Of a stretch of 64,000 nucleotides of DNA, positions 38,086-47,386 are shown in pieces. The translations under genes were made by a program, and so were the position numbers. Origin of the DNA: Trueperaceae bacterium (lineage in GTDB: Bacteria > Deinococcota > Deinococci > Deinococcales > Trueperaceae); assembly GCA_035703635.1 (NCBI GenBank), contig DASSXV010000075.1, forward strand, positions 1 through 64,000, given 5' to 3'. The notes below the pieces were generated by a model. That model worked only from the letters and a program-made list of their open reading frames with translations. It ran no database searches and was not told where the DNA came from. The stretch's first letter is position 1, and every line of letters begins with the position of its first letter.

Positions 38086-39108
38086 ATGACAGACCAAACC
38101 CCTTCCACGGCCGAACCCAAGCGGTCACATCGCCTGGCGCCGGTCACGACTCGGGCATCAGGCGAAACGCTCAGCCTGGCCATCCACACCATCACAGGGG
38201 CGCAACCCGGCCCCACCCTTGGTCTCTTCAGCACGTCGCACGGGGACGAGGCCTTCACTGTGCAGGTGATAAAGGCGGTGCTCGAGCGCGTTGACCCCGC
38301 CCACCTACGCGGGACCATCCGCGCCCTGCCGGTAGGCAATCCGGTCGCCTTCGAGTCGTACACGCGCTCCACGGGCCAAGGCATGAACACCGACAAGACG
38401 AACCTGAACCGCGTCTTCCCTGGCAACCCCCGAGGTTGGCTCACGGAGCAGATCGCCCACGTCATCAGCGAGGAGTTCGTCCCTGGGCTCGACGCGCTCA
38501 TCGACTTCCACTGCGGCAACTCGGAGACGGCGATCGACTATGTGCTCCTCGAGGCCGACGACAGCGCTGCGGGGCGCCGTTCGACCGAATTGTCAAAGCT
38601 TTGCGGCAGCGACCTGCTCTACACCGCCCCGACGCCGGAGCAGGGCGGCACCCTATCGCAGTACGCGAAGAGCCTCGGGATACCGGCGGTCATAGCCCAG
38701 TGGGGTGGCAACATCCAGAACCCGAGCGCGTACGTTGACCGCTGCTTCGTGGGCGTCCGCAACGTGCTCATCCACTTGGGCATGCTCGACGGCGACATCG
38801 TCCTGCCCGAGCGCCAGACCATGCTAAGCGGTGCTCGTACGCTGTTGTCTCCTCAGAACGGCGGGCTGTTCTTCCCCGTCATCGGCTTCGATCAGTTGAG
38901 CCAGACGGTGCCGCGCGGCACGGTACTGGGACGCGTCTATTCCCCCCACACGCTGGAACTATTGGAGGAGCTGCGAGCACCATACGATCAGAGTGTGGTG
39001 ATCATGCTCCGCGGCACCCTGTCGCGCGTGAACCCTGGCGACTACGCCTACATACTGTGCAACGGCGCCACGGCCGAAACCATCGACAACAAGAAGAGGG
39101 CCAACTGA
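38086..39108 (+). CDS. AstE/AspA (M14-like) family protein with the catalytic Glu position occupied by Gln
   Basis: SHGDE, LPVGNP, NLNRVFPG, IDFH; PAVIAQWGG; AAGGAG RBS before ATG 38086. Confidence 0.88.
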   Translation: MTDQTPSTAEPKRSHRLAPVTTRASGETLSLAIHTITGAQPGPTLGLFSTSHGDEAFTVQVIKAVLERVDPAHLRGTIRALPVGNPVAFESYTRSTGQGMNTDKTNLNRVFPGNPRGWLTEQIAHVISEEFVPGLDALIDFHCGNSETAIDYVLLEADDSAAGRRSTELSKLCGSDLLYTAPTPEQGGTLSQYAKSLGIPAVIAQWGGNIQNPSAYVDRCFVGVRNVLIHLGMLDGDIVLPERQTMLSGARTLLSPQNGGLFFPVIGFDQLSQTVPRGTVLGRVYSPHTLELLEELRAPYDQSVVIMLRGTLSRVNPGDYAYILCNGATAETIDNKKRAN

Positions 39109-39329
39109 TGACGCCTGAAGCGACGGACTCCGCCCTGGACCTGGACATCGAACAAGTACGGTTCTTGCTCAAGCAGCAGGGATATGTGATCCCAGAAGAG
39201 GAACTCGTGGAAGTAACGGCCAGCCTGAACGCCCTCATCGAAGGCCTGAGTCACATGGAGCATTACGGCGAGCTCCAGAACGAGCCCTGGCCCACCCTCG
39301 TCGGCTACACGGGAACCGCGGATGCTTGA
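39108..39329 (+). CDS. Small acidic amidase partner protein (AtzG/GatC-like, 73 aa)
   Basis: TGATG coupling to the upstream gene, overlaps the amidase start; helical acidic sequence ending NEPWP. Confidence 0.6.
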   Translation: MTPEATDSALDLDIEQVRFLLKQQGYVIPEEELVEVTASLNALIEGLSHMEHYGELQNEPWPTLVGYTGTADA

Positions 39330-40755
39330 CGAGCACTACGCCTTCATGTCGCTGACGGACCAGGCCGCACTCATCCGCACCGGTGAGTTGTCGCCCGTGG
39401 CCCTCGTCGAGCTCTATCTCGACCGTATAGCTAAGTACAACGACCGCATCAACGCATTCATCACGGTGGCGGCCGACTCGGCGCTGGCCAGGGCGCGGCT
39501 AGCGGAGCAAGAGATCAAGGCTGGCGACTACCGCGGCCCGCTTCACGGCATCCCCGTCGGCGTCAAGGATCAGATGCAGATTAACGGCATGCGCGTGACG
39601 GGCGGTTCGAAGATCTACGCTGACGCCATCGGCACGCGCGACGCCACCGTCATCGCGCGACTGAGGGCGGCTGGAGCGGTCCTGCTCGGAACCCTCAACA
39701 CCCACGAGTTCCACATGGGCCCGACCGTCAACTTCCCTTACGGCACACCGCGCAACCCGTGGAACCTCGAGCGCAACCCCGGCGGTTCGTCGAGCGGCTC
39801 CGCCACTGCGCTCGCAGCTGGCCTCGTCAGTGCGGCCCTCGGCGGCGACACCGGCGGCTCGATTAGGGGGCCAGCCACGGCCTGCGGTGTGGTGGGACTG
39901 AAGCCGACCTGGTCACGCGTGAGCCGTGACGGCGTGTTCCCGCTCGGCTGGACGCTTGACTGCGTCGGGCCGCTAGCCAGGACGGTGCCAGACGCGGCCG
40001 CCGTGCTTCAGGTCATCGCCGGATACGACCCACTCGACGCAACAAGTAGTCGGAAGGCAGTGCCAGATTACGGCCAGGCCCTCACAGACACCTCCTTGAA
40101 GGGCCTACGCATCGGCGTGGTCAAGGAGATGTACAGCGACGACATCACGGGCCCCGACGCGCTCGCGGCCGTGAAGGGCGCGCTGGACTTCCTCGAAGCC
40201 AAGGGTGCCATCCTCAGCGCCGTCAGCTTGCCCCTCATGCGGGAGACGCGCTTCGTCTCACCCGCCCTCACGAAGCCGGAGGCGGCCAGCTACCACCGGA
40301 GGAACCTCCTCGAGCGCTACCTGGACTTCGACTACAACACCCGGGTCAGCTCCATGGTAGGGGCCATCCTGCCCGCTGGCCTCGCGTCGCGCGCGCAGCG
40401 CGCCAGGGTCGTGATCGGGCAACAAGTGCTGGATGCCCTAGAAGACGTCGATGTACTGGTGGGCGCCGGTTCGGCCGGAGGAGCCGTGCCCATCGTTCCC
40501 CGCCCGCCGATCAAGACCAAGCAAGAGGCGTTGGAGAAGATCTACGGAGTCGGCAAGGCGGCAGGCCAATACACCCGCGTATTCAGTCTTGCCGGCACAC
40601 CGGCGATGGTGGTGCCGGCCGGCTTCGATCACGAAGGCCTGCCGCTCAGCCTCCACATCGCTGGGGGGCTATTCGACGAAGCGACAGTCTTACGTGTAGG
40701 TAACGCCTTCCAACGAGAGACGAATTGGCACGGGAGGCGACCGCCCTTAGCTTGA
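39322..40755 (+). CDS. Amidase-signature family enzyme (GatA/AtzE-like)
   Basis: GVKD (Lys), PGGSSSGS, GGDTGGSIRGPA: Ser-cisSer-Lys triad intact. Confidence 0.93.
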   Translation: MLDEHYAFMSLTDQAALIRTGELSPVALVELYLDRIAKYNDRINAFITVAADSALARARLAEQEIKAGDYRGPLHGIPVGVKDQMQINGMRVTGGSKIYADAIGTRDATVIARLRAAGAVLLGTLNTHEFHMGPTVNFPYGTPRNPWNLERNPGGSSSGSATALAAGLVSAALGGDTGGSIRGPATACGVVGLKPTWSRVSRDGVFPLGWTLDCVGPLARTVPDAAAVLQVIAGYDPLDATSSRKAVPDYGQALTDTSLKGLRIGVVKEMYSDDITGPDALAAVKGALDFLEAKGAILSAVSLPLMRETRFVSPALTKPEAASYHRRNLLERYLDFDYNTRVSSMVGAILPAGLASRAQRARVVIGQQVLDALEDVDVLVGAGSAGGAVPIVPRPPIKTKQEALEKIYGVGKAAGQYTRVFSLAGTPAMVVPAGFDHEGLPLSLHIAGGLFDEATVLRVGNAFQRETNWHGRRPPLA

Positions 40756-40772
40756 CGGGAGAAGGGCGCAGA

Positions 40773-40801
40773 AGCGGGGCCGCTACGGTAGCGGCCCCGC
40801 T
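40773..40801. terminator. Probable bidirectional terminator hairpin between convergent operons
   Basis: AGCGGGGCCGCTAC-G-GTAGCGGCCCCGCT, 14-bp perfect inverted repeat. Confidence 0.75.
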
Positions 40802-40883
40802 GACGTTCAGGTCATCGGGTTGGCGAGCGTAACGGCAATGCACCCTGGCTGAGAGCGCGCTAGCTGCAGACCTTCAAGAGCGA

Positions 40884-41777
40884 CTAGTCTGCATAGAAGA
40901 CCTTGTTCAAATCCATGGACGCCTCGATCGTCGTGAGTCGCTCCATCGCCGAGCGGTGTAGCCGCTTGCCAACTGCTGCAACTAGCGCGTGCGCCAACGC
41001 CACGACAGCGGTATACGACTGAATGAACGCCTCAGACTGCATGGCGACTAGCATCACGTAATCAGCCCGCGTGGCCAGTGGCCCAATAGGATCGTCCGTG
41101 ATGGCGACGACCTGGGCGGATGCCCTCCGGGCCGTATCGATCGCGTTGATGGTATGCACCGATTGTCGCGAGAAGGCGAACCCGATGACCACGTCCTGAG
41201 GTCCAACGTCTATCAGGTGGTCTATCAACATGTCCGCCTGGTGGGTGAGTGCAGTCACGCTCGGGCGCAGCATGCTTAGGGAGTAGCCTAGAAGCTCGGC
41301 GCCTGGCGCCGCACCACGCATGCCGACGGTGACTACGCGACGGGCGCCAGCAATCACAGATATGCACTTTTCAAACTCGTCTGGGTCGACCTGCTGCCGA
41401 GTGATTTGAAGGTTGTATGCGTCTGTATCGAAGGCGGCTTGCAATGGGTTCGAGTCGCTCGACCCACGGGATACGGCTTCTTCAAGGCGGTCCGGAGTAA
41501 CGCGAGTAAGCCGCTTGCGAATCTCCTCTTGTACCTCAGTTTGCAGCGCTGGGTAGTTAGCGTAACCAAGCGCCTTGGAGAAGCGGAGCACGCTCGATTC
41601 ACTTACGCCCACCAGTTCACTTAATCGCGCCGCTGGGAGGAAGGCGGCATCAAGCGGTCGCAGCGCCAGATGCTCGCCGATGCGCCGTTCAGACCGGGTC
41701 ATCTCACCAAGACGCGTCTTGATGCGGGCGATGAGTGGACCGTTCGGTAGCTGCAATGCGCTTGAGTCGCCTGTCAT
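40884..41777 (-). CDS. MurR/RpiR family transcriptional regulator (HTH plus SIS)
   Basis: MTRSERRI, VSESSVLRFSKALGY, DVVIGFAFSR, VAITD. Confidence 0.92.
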   Translation of the reverse strand: MTGDSSALQLPNGPLIARIKTRLGEMTRSERRIGEHLALRPLDAAFLPAARLSELVGVSESSVLRFSKALGYANYPALQTEVQEEIRKRLTRVTPDRLEEAVSRGSSDSNPLQAAFDTDAYNLQITRQQVDPDEFEKCISVIAGARRVVTVGMRGAAPGAELLGYSLSMLRPSVTALTHQADMLIDHLIDVGPQDVVIGFAFSRQSVHTINAIDTARRASAQVVAITDDPIGPLATRADYVMLVAMQSEAFIQSYTAVVALAHALVAAVGKRLHRSAMERLTTIEASMDLNKVFYAD

Positions 41778-41825
41778 ACTCCCCAACTCCTCCTTCAGTC
41801 AACTGACGCTCTGGAGTCTTCTCGG

Positions 41826-42722
41826 TCAGCTAACGACGCGTGGGTCAAGAAGGTCCCGTAACCAATCACCAACAAAGTTGATGGCGAGTACCGTAACCAT
41901 TATTGCTGCGCCCGGCAAAGTCGTCAGCCACCAAGCAACCCTCATGTAATCGCGTCCCTCTGCCAACATAGAACCCCATGTCGGAATACTCACGTCTACG
42001 CCGAGCCCAAGGAACGAGAGCGCCGATTCCGTGAGGATGTTGGTGGCGATGGAGAACGACGCCACGACGACGACGGTATTCAAGACGTTGGGGAGCAGAT
42101 GGCTCAACATCACCCGTACACTGCCCATGCCTAACGCCCGACACGCCTCGATGTGCTGCCTCTCCATCAAGCCTTTGGCCTCGCTGCGCACTACCCTGGC
42201 GAACACATCCCAACGACCCACGCCTAACACCAGGATCAGCTGCGGGAGCCCAGAACCTAGTGCGGCAAGAACGGTCAGCGCTAGGAGAATGAACGGAAAC
42301 GCGAGCTGGGCTTCTACCAGCCTCATGAGCACGTTGTCGAGCCAGCCGCCGTAGTACGCAGCTGTCAGGCCGATGGTAAGGCCGAGTACCAGCGAGATGG
42401 CGACAGCGATCAACGAAACTGAGAGTGAGACCCGGGCGCCATAGAGCAGGCGTGCGAACACGTCGCGGCCCAGCGCGTCTGTCCCGAGTATGTGAAGCTG
42501 ACCCTTGGTCGTGGTCAAAGGGGCTTGTAAGCGACTTCCAAGAGATATGGCGCGGGGGTCTGCATCGGAGATGAAGCCAGCCCCTAGTGCAGCGGCCACC
42601 AGAATGACGAGCACGATCGCGCCAATCAGGCCGTTCCTGTGGGCGAGCAGCTTGCGAAGCCAAGGGGCCATCCTGGCCCCAGCCGGTCCCTTATCTGCGC
42701 GCCTGGTCGCTGGAAGGGCCAT
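41826..42722 (-). CDS. Peptide ABC transporter permease (DppC-like)
   Basis: LGTDALGRD, HLLPN, ESALSFLGLG, GDWLRDLLDPR. Confidence 0.95.
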   Translation of the reverse strand: MALPATRRADKGPAGARMAPWLRKLLAHRNGLIGAIVLVILVAAALGAGFISDADPRAISLGSRLQAPLTTTKGQLHILGTDALGRDVFARLLYGARVSLSVSLIAVAISLVLGLTIGLTAAYYGGWLDNVLMRLVEAQLAFPFILLALTVLAALGSGLPQLILVLGVGRWDVFARVVRSEAKGLMERQHIEACRALGMGSVRVMLSHLLPNVLNTVVVVASFSIATNILTESALSFLGLGVDVSIPTWGSMLAEGRDYMRVAWWLTTLPGAAIMVTVLAINFVGDWLRDLLDPRVVS

Positions 42723-43636
42723 CAGTAGCGCAACCTCGGGTCGACGACGGAATGAGTAATGTCAACCAGGGCATTCACCAGAACGAACCCGATAGCAAGG
42801 AACGCGACGATCGTCTGCAATAAGGGGAAATCCTTAGTTACGATCGCTTGCACCGCCAATCGCCCAACGCCGGGCCAAGAGAAGACTGTTTCCGTGATCA
42901 CTGAGCCGCCAACGAAGCTGCCCATCTGGATCCCTATTACCGTCAGTGTTGGGCCGATAGCGTTGCGTAGCGCGTGCTTGAACAGGAGCGCCGCCTTGGG
43001 CACCCCTTTGGCTTGCGCCGTGCGCATGTAGTCTTGCCCAAGAACCTCGAGCGTGGAAGATCGAATCAATCGAACGTTGTAGGCCAATGGGAACAGCGAG
43101 AGGGTGAGAGTGGGCAGCACGAGGTGAGCCCACGTTCCCCGGCCGGACGCCGGGAACCAGCCGAGCATCACCGAGAAGACCATGATCGCTAAGCTTCCCA
43201 GCCAGAACACCGGCGCCGCCTGCCCGATAAGGGCCACGTTCATGATGAGGTTGTCTACCCAGGAATTCTTACGTGAAGCGGCCAGCACTCCTGCAGGGAT
43301 GGCGAGGATGGTTCCTAGGGTCAAGCTGAGCGCAGCCAGCTGCAGCGTGGCTGGCAGCCTCGCCGAGAAGAGGCGTACGTTGGGCTCTTGATGGTAAAGG
43401 GAGGTGCCGAAGTCGCCATGTAGCGCTCGCCAGAGGAAAGTACCGTACTGGGCGATAAGCGGCTTATCGAAACCCATGCGGACGCGAAATGCTTGGATCT
43501 CCTGCTGCGTCGCGCCTTCGCCCAGCATCAAGCCCGCTGGGTCACCCGTAAGGAACGTGGTGAGGAACACGAAGAGCGTGACCAAGATGACCACAGCGAT
43601 CGCCTGAAGGGCACGATTCACTAGGAGTCTCATCAT
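42722..43636 (-). CDS. Peptide ABC transporter permease (DppB-like)
   Basis: GDFGTS, PVFWL, RTAQAKG, ETVFSWPGVG, DPRLRY. Confidence 0.95.
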   Translation of the reverse strand: MMRLLVNRALQAIAVVILVTLFVFLTTFLTGDPAGLMLGEGATQQEIQAFRVRMGFDKPLIAQYGTFLWRALHGDFGTSLYHQEPNVRLFSARLPATLQLAALSLTLGTILAIPAGVLAASRKNSWVDNLIMNVALIGQAAPVFWLGSLAIMVFSVMLGWFPASGRGTWAHLVLPTLTLSLFPLAYNVRLIRSSTLEVLGQDYMRTAQAKGVPKAALLFKHALRNAIGPTLTVIGIQMGSFVGGSVITETVFSWPGVGRLAVQAIVTKDFPLLQTIVAFLAIGFVLVNALVDITHSVVDPRLRY

Positions 43637-43665
43637 CGTTGCCTACTCCTCACCATCGCTCGGAC

Positions 43666-44799
43666 TCAGCTTGCCGTTGCTTGGTAGCGGTTTAGAACGG
43701 CGGTGGCGCCTGCTAGTTGCCATCTCACGCGGTCTGCGAGCGGCGCCCATCTTCCTGTCTCAAGCGTGATCGAAGGGCAGTGCCGATCGCAGTAGTTCCC
43801 GAAGGACGTTCCCTCCAACGCTGCGCTCTGCACCCTACCGACCATCATTCCTGGCTCGGGTTCAGTCAGCCCTTCACGAATACGCGGCCCGAATGAGCGC
43901 TCTAGGTCGGCGAGGGTTACGGGGCCGTGCCCGTCGGAGCCCATTGCTTTCAGGGCTTCTCTGGCGAACTCCCGAGTGGAGGCGTGGGGCGAGTCGGCTC
44001 CGACGAACACGTAATAACTGGTCCCTTGTCCTTCATGCAGGTCGAGGACCAAACCAGGCTTGACGTCGTCCACCAATTCGCGCAGGAGCCTAACTTCAGC
44101 TGGCTCCTCGGGTCCACCGAAGCCGCGGTTCATGTCGGCAACGATGCCCTTGCCGCGAATCGTGGCGCTGAAAGCGCGGAGAAAGTCGCCTACGCCCTCG
44201 GCAGATCCCGCGTTAGAAGGGAACACGATGCGCTTACCCAAGGTCCGTTTAACCAGTTCAGGGTTTGCAGTGAGCGCAACATTCACGGCTTGTTCGAGTT
44301 GCCGCGGCCCGATGGGCGGGTCCTCGGTGGGCATGGTCGCGAAGACCATCCCACCGATCTCCGCGATCACCAGCCCGCCCTCGTCATGCAGCTTCTCACC
44401 GCGTGACAGTAGCGCTTCGACCGACGACCGATAATCGGTGATGGGGTCGTCGATTTGGTCGCCCCCACAGGCGAACTCCAAGGCCGGTTCGTAACCCTGC
44501 CAAGCGAATGGATCTCGCAATGGGACGATTATCGTGGGTGCAGCGAAATCGTAATCCCGCGCCAAGAGCAGAGCGGCGAGAACGCCGGAGGGTTCGCCAG
44601 CGTGGGCACCGGCAGTAATCACGATGGGGCGGCCTGAGGCGCCGCCCCTCCTCGTAACCAACAATGGTTGCCCGGCGAAGTTGTTCCCCAGGGAGGCAAC
44701 CGTCAGGCCAAGGCTCTCCAGCCAGGCGCTTATCTGCTCAACGCTCGCCAGCGGACCGAGACCAAGGTACTCGCCGGGTTGACGAAGCGTTTCACTCAA
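43666..44799 (-). CDS. M14-family zinc carboxypeptidase/deacylase with internal insertion
   Basis: GAHAGE, DMNRGF, LDLHEG, ITLETG: all Zn ligands and the catalytic Glu present. Confidence 0.8.
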   Translation of the reverse strand: MSETLRQPGEYLGLGPLASVEQISAWLESLGLTVASLGNNFAGQPLLVTRRGGASGRPIVITAGAHAGEPSGVLAALLLARDYDFAAPTIIVPLRDPFAWQGYEPALEFACGGDQIDDPITDYRSSVEALLSRGEKLHDEGGLVIAEIGGMVFATMPTEDPPIGPRQLEQAVNVALTANPELVKRTLGKRIVFPSNAGSAEGVGDFLRAFSATIRGKGIVADMNRGFGGPEEPAEVRLLRELVDDVKPGLVLDLHEGQGTSYYVFVGADSPHASTREFAREALKAMGSDGHGPVTLADLERSFGPRIREGLTEPEPGMMVGRVQSAALEGTSFGNYCDRHCPSITLETGRWAPLADRVRWQLAGATAVLNRYQATAS

Positions 44800-46261
44800 G
44801 GCTGGCGTCCCACAGGAAGATGTACTCGTCGCGGCGCGGCTCCCAGTTGAGGCTATCAGTCACACCATAGAGAGAGGGCTGACGCCACAGGAAGAGCCAG
44901 GGGGCCTGCTCGAAAGCGAGCTCATCGAGCGATTGGATAAGCGCGAGCCGTTCTGAGTCATCGAAGGTCGTCGCGAGGGTCTCAAAGCCTGAGACGAAGT
45001 CTTCGTTCACCCAGCCGGTGTTGCTGGTCTGATCGAGCAGCCAGGTGAGTTCACCCTGGCCATCGAACCAGCCGCCAAGCCCGAGGAGGAACATCTCTTT
45101 GCTGCCCTTGGACAACCAGGCTGACGAGAAGACCGACCATTCAAGCACTTCGACTCTCGTCTTGATTCCTACTTGGTCAAGGTACGCGGCGACTGCCTGA
45201 GCGGCCTCAACGTCCTTCAGGTAACGGCCGTTGGGGGACTGGAGGGTGATTTCGAAACCGTTCGGGTAGCCAGCCTCGGCTAGTAGTTCACGGGCGCGGG
45301 CTGGGTCGTAAGGATAGGGTTCAACGTTCGGGCTGTTATTCGGGGGCATCACTACCGACCCATAGAGTTCGCCGTACCCGCCCAAGATCGCCTCGTTGAT
45401 AGCTTCGCGGTCGACCGCATAGTTCACGGCTTGACGAACGCGCACATCGTCGAAGGGCTTGAGGTCGGAGCGGAGACCGATGAACACGTCACGTCCGCCT
45501 TGCGAGATGACTGAACGCGTACGCGCGGTGGTGATGGACGGAAGGTCGTCGGGCGGAACGTTGACGATCAGGTTGACGGCCCCAGTCAAGAGCTCAGCGA
45601 CGCGTGTAGAGTTCTCCGGAATGGCGCGGAATGCTACTTCTTTGATCGCAGGGGCTCCACCCCAGTAGTCGAGGTTGGCACGCAGTTCTACACCTGAGTC
45701 GCGGACCCACGCCTCGAACCTGTATGGACCAGTTCCCGAGGCAACGCTTACAACCGGCTCTTTGCTGGCGTAAACGGTCGGGTCGACCATCAGCACGGTA
45801 CGCAGGAAATGCGGCATGAGAACCGTTGGGGTACGGGTAATGATGCGCACCGTGTAGTCGTCAACCACTTCAACACGGTCCAGGGGTATGTCGCGGACGG
45901 CGCGGTGGATCGTCGTGATCTCGGGGTCGAACATACGCTCGATCGAGAACTTCACGGCCTGGGCGTTGAACGCGGCGCCGCTGTGGAAGGTCACGCCCTG
46001 CCGCAACACGAACTCCCAAGTGAGCTCGTCTATCGCCGTCCAGGAAAGCGCAAGCATGGGCTGGAGGACCATGTTGTCGTCACGCAACATCAATGGTTCA
46101 AAGACATGATGCAGCACGTTCCAGGTTGCCGTACTCGACGCGAAGGTCGGATCCATCGTCTCGATGTCGACGCCCTGAGCCACAACGACGCGTCCTTCCG
46201 GCGCCTGAGCGAAACTCAGCGTCGCGAGAACGAACGCAAGTACCATCAACAGCTTCTTCAT
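44792..46261 (-). CDS. Peptide/nickel ABC transporter substrate-binding protein (SBP_bac_5)
   Basis: Signal peptide MKKLL...SFAQ; PMLALSW, GTGPY, DVRVRQAVNYAVDR; AGGAGG RBS. Confidence 0.93.
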   Translation of the reverse strand: MKKLLMVLAFVLATLSFAQAPEGRVVVAQGVDIETMDPTFASSTATWNVLHHVFEPLMLRDDNMVLQPMLALSWTAIDELTWEFVLRQGVTFHSGAAFNAQAVKFSIERMFDPEITTIHRAVRDIPLDRVEVVDDYTVRIITRTPTVLMPHFLRTVLMVDPTVYASKEPVVSVASGTGPYRFEAWVRDSGVELRANLDYWGGAPAIKEVAFRAIPENSTRVAELLTGAVNLIVNVPPDDLPSITTARTRSVISQGGRDVFIGLRSDLKPFDDVRVRQAVNYAVDREAINEAILGGYGELYGSVVMPPNNSPNVEPYPYDPARARELLAEAGYPNGFEITLQSPNGRYLKDVEAAQAVAAYLDQVGIKTRVEVLEWSVFSSAWLSKGSKEMFLLGLGGWFDGQGELTWLLDQTSNTGWVNEDFVSGFETLATTFDDSERLALIQSLDELAFEQAPWLFLWRQPSLYGVTDSLNWEPRRDEYIFLWDASLE

Positions 46262-46342
46262 TCATGCCTCCTGAAATGTGCCGCTTCCATGGATGTGCCC
46301 GATTAGTGATCGAGCCGGGTGCTTGTTAGAGGTAGAGAACGC

Positions 46343-47260
46343 TTAGAAATCGCGTTCGAACGGAGTGAGCGTGGCCGTAACCAGTTCGCGCAGCATCTGA
46401 ACGTATGCCATCGAGGATTCGCCCGATACCCCATCAACAGCGAAGACGGCCTTTCCGGTGCCCCCATCGCGGCAATCGAGCTCTATCGCCTTCTCAAGCA
46501 TCGCCTTCTCTTCGGCGGGATCCAACGCGAGGTCAGGCCGGTTGGCCCCAATCGCCAAGGCCGCTGCCAACGCGTATGCTCCCCAGTTGGAGATTGCTAC
46601 GGGATAAAGGAAGGTGGTCGCCACGGTCGTAACGATGGTGTCGCCGAAGGGGAGAATGCGCGCGGCCAGTTCGTAAGTCTTCCCGAAACCAATCTCGTTG
46701 CCGCCATCACCGATACCGACCGTGACTTTACCGGCCTCGTTCATGCTTCTGATGAGCTGATCGATGTTCGCTCGTGTGTGACTACGAGGATTGGCGTTGA
46801 TGGAGTGCAGCAACCCCTCCTTGTTTCCGCCAGCTTTCTCAACAGTGATGCCGACGTCGTACGTTTGGGCTATCTCGGCGTGCTGTCCGCCGGCTCTGAC
46901 GAGTTCAACGATCGCCACATCAGACCCGAGGAGCTCGGCGAATGCTCGCTGTGGAGCCAGGACCTCGGCCTCCGTAAAGATGGTCACGTCGGCGCCGAGC
47001 CTCTCAAGGGCTCGCGCCAATACGATCGCGCCCATCGGGCCGTCATTCTCTCCGTTGGGCAAGTGATCTGGAACGGTCGCACCGGTGAAGATGGCGATTC
47101 GCGCTCCAAGGTTCCCGAGCAGACTCTGGGCGATGTCGTACGAGATGGCGTTCTCGTCCTTGGCGGCGTCGTAAACCTCGACCATCGCGCCTCGCGGCAT
47201 GCCTGGGGCCCTAATGCCAACGTTCACGAGCCGATCGATGTTCTCGCAAGCAATCTTCAT
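46343..47260 (-). CDS. D-glutamate cyclase-like protein (DUF4392)
   Basis: ENDGPMG, VEKAG, GIGDGGNEIGFG, SNWGAY, VDG; AAGGAG RBS. Confidence 0.85.
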   Translation of the reverse strand: MKIACENIDRLVNVGIRAPGMPRGAMVEVYDAAKDENAISYDIAQSLLGNLGARIAIFTGATVPDHLPNGENDGPMGAIVLARALERLGADVTIFTEAEVLAPQRAFAELLGSDVAIVELVRAGGQHAEIAQTYDVGITVEKAGGNKEGLLHSINANPRSHTRANIDQLIRSMNEAGKVTVGIGDGGNEIGFGKTYELAARILPFGDTIVTTVATTFLYPVAISNWGAYALAAALAIGANRPDLALDPAEEKAMLEKAIELDCRDGGTGKAVFAVDGVSGESSMAYVQMLRELVTATLTPFERDF

Positions 47261-47386
47261 GGAAGTTCTCCTTCGCGCTAGTCAAATGTCTTGTTTGACC
47301 CGTTAGCCAAACAGGGGGCCACAAGACACATATGACGCCATAGCATCTTCTTGCGACTAGCTTTGGCGGGTTTCCGTCATAGCCGC

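Noticed and set aside
39108-40755. gatCA of the tRNA-dependent amidotransferase
   Set aside because: No gatB follows and the context is catabolic
46319-47281. 320-aa plus-strand ORF
   Set aside because: Antisense to the DUF4392 gene; no motifs
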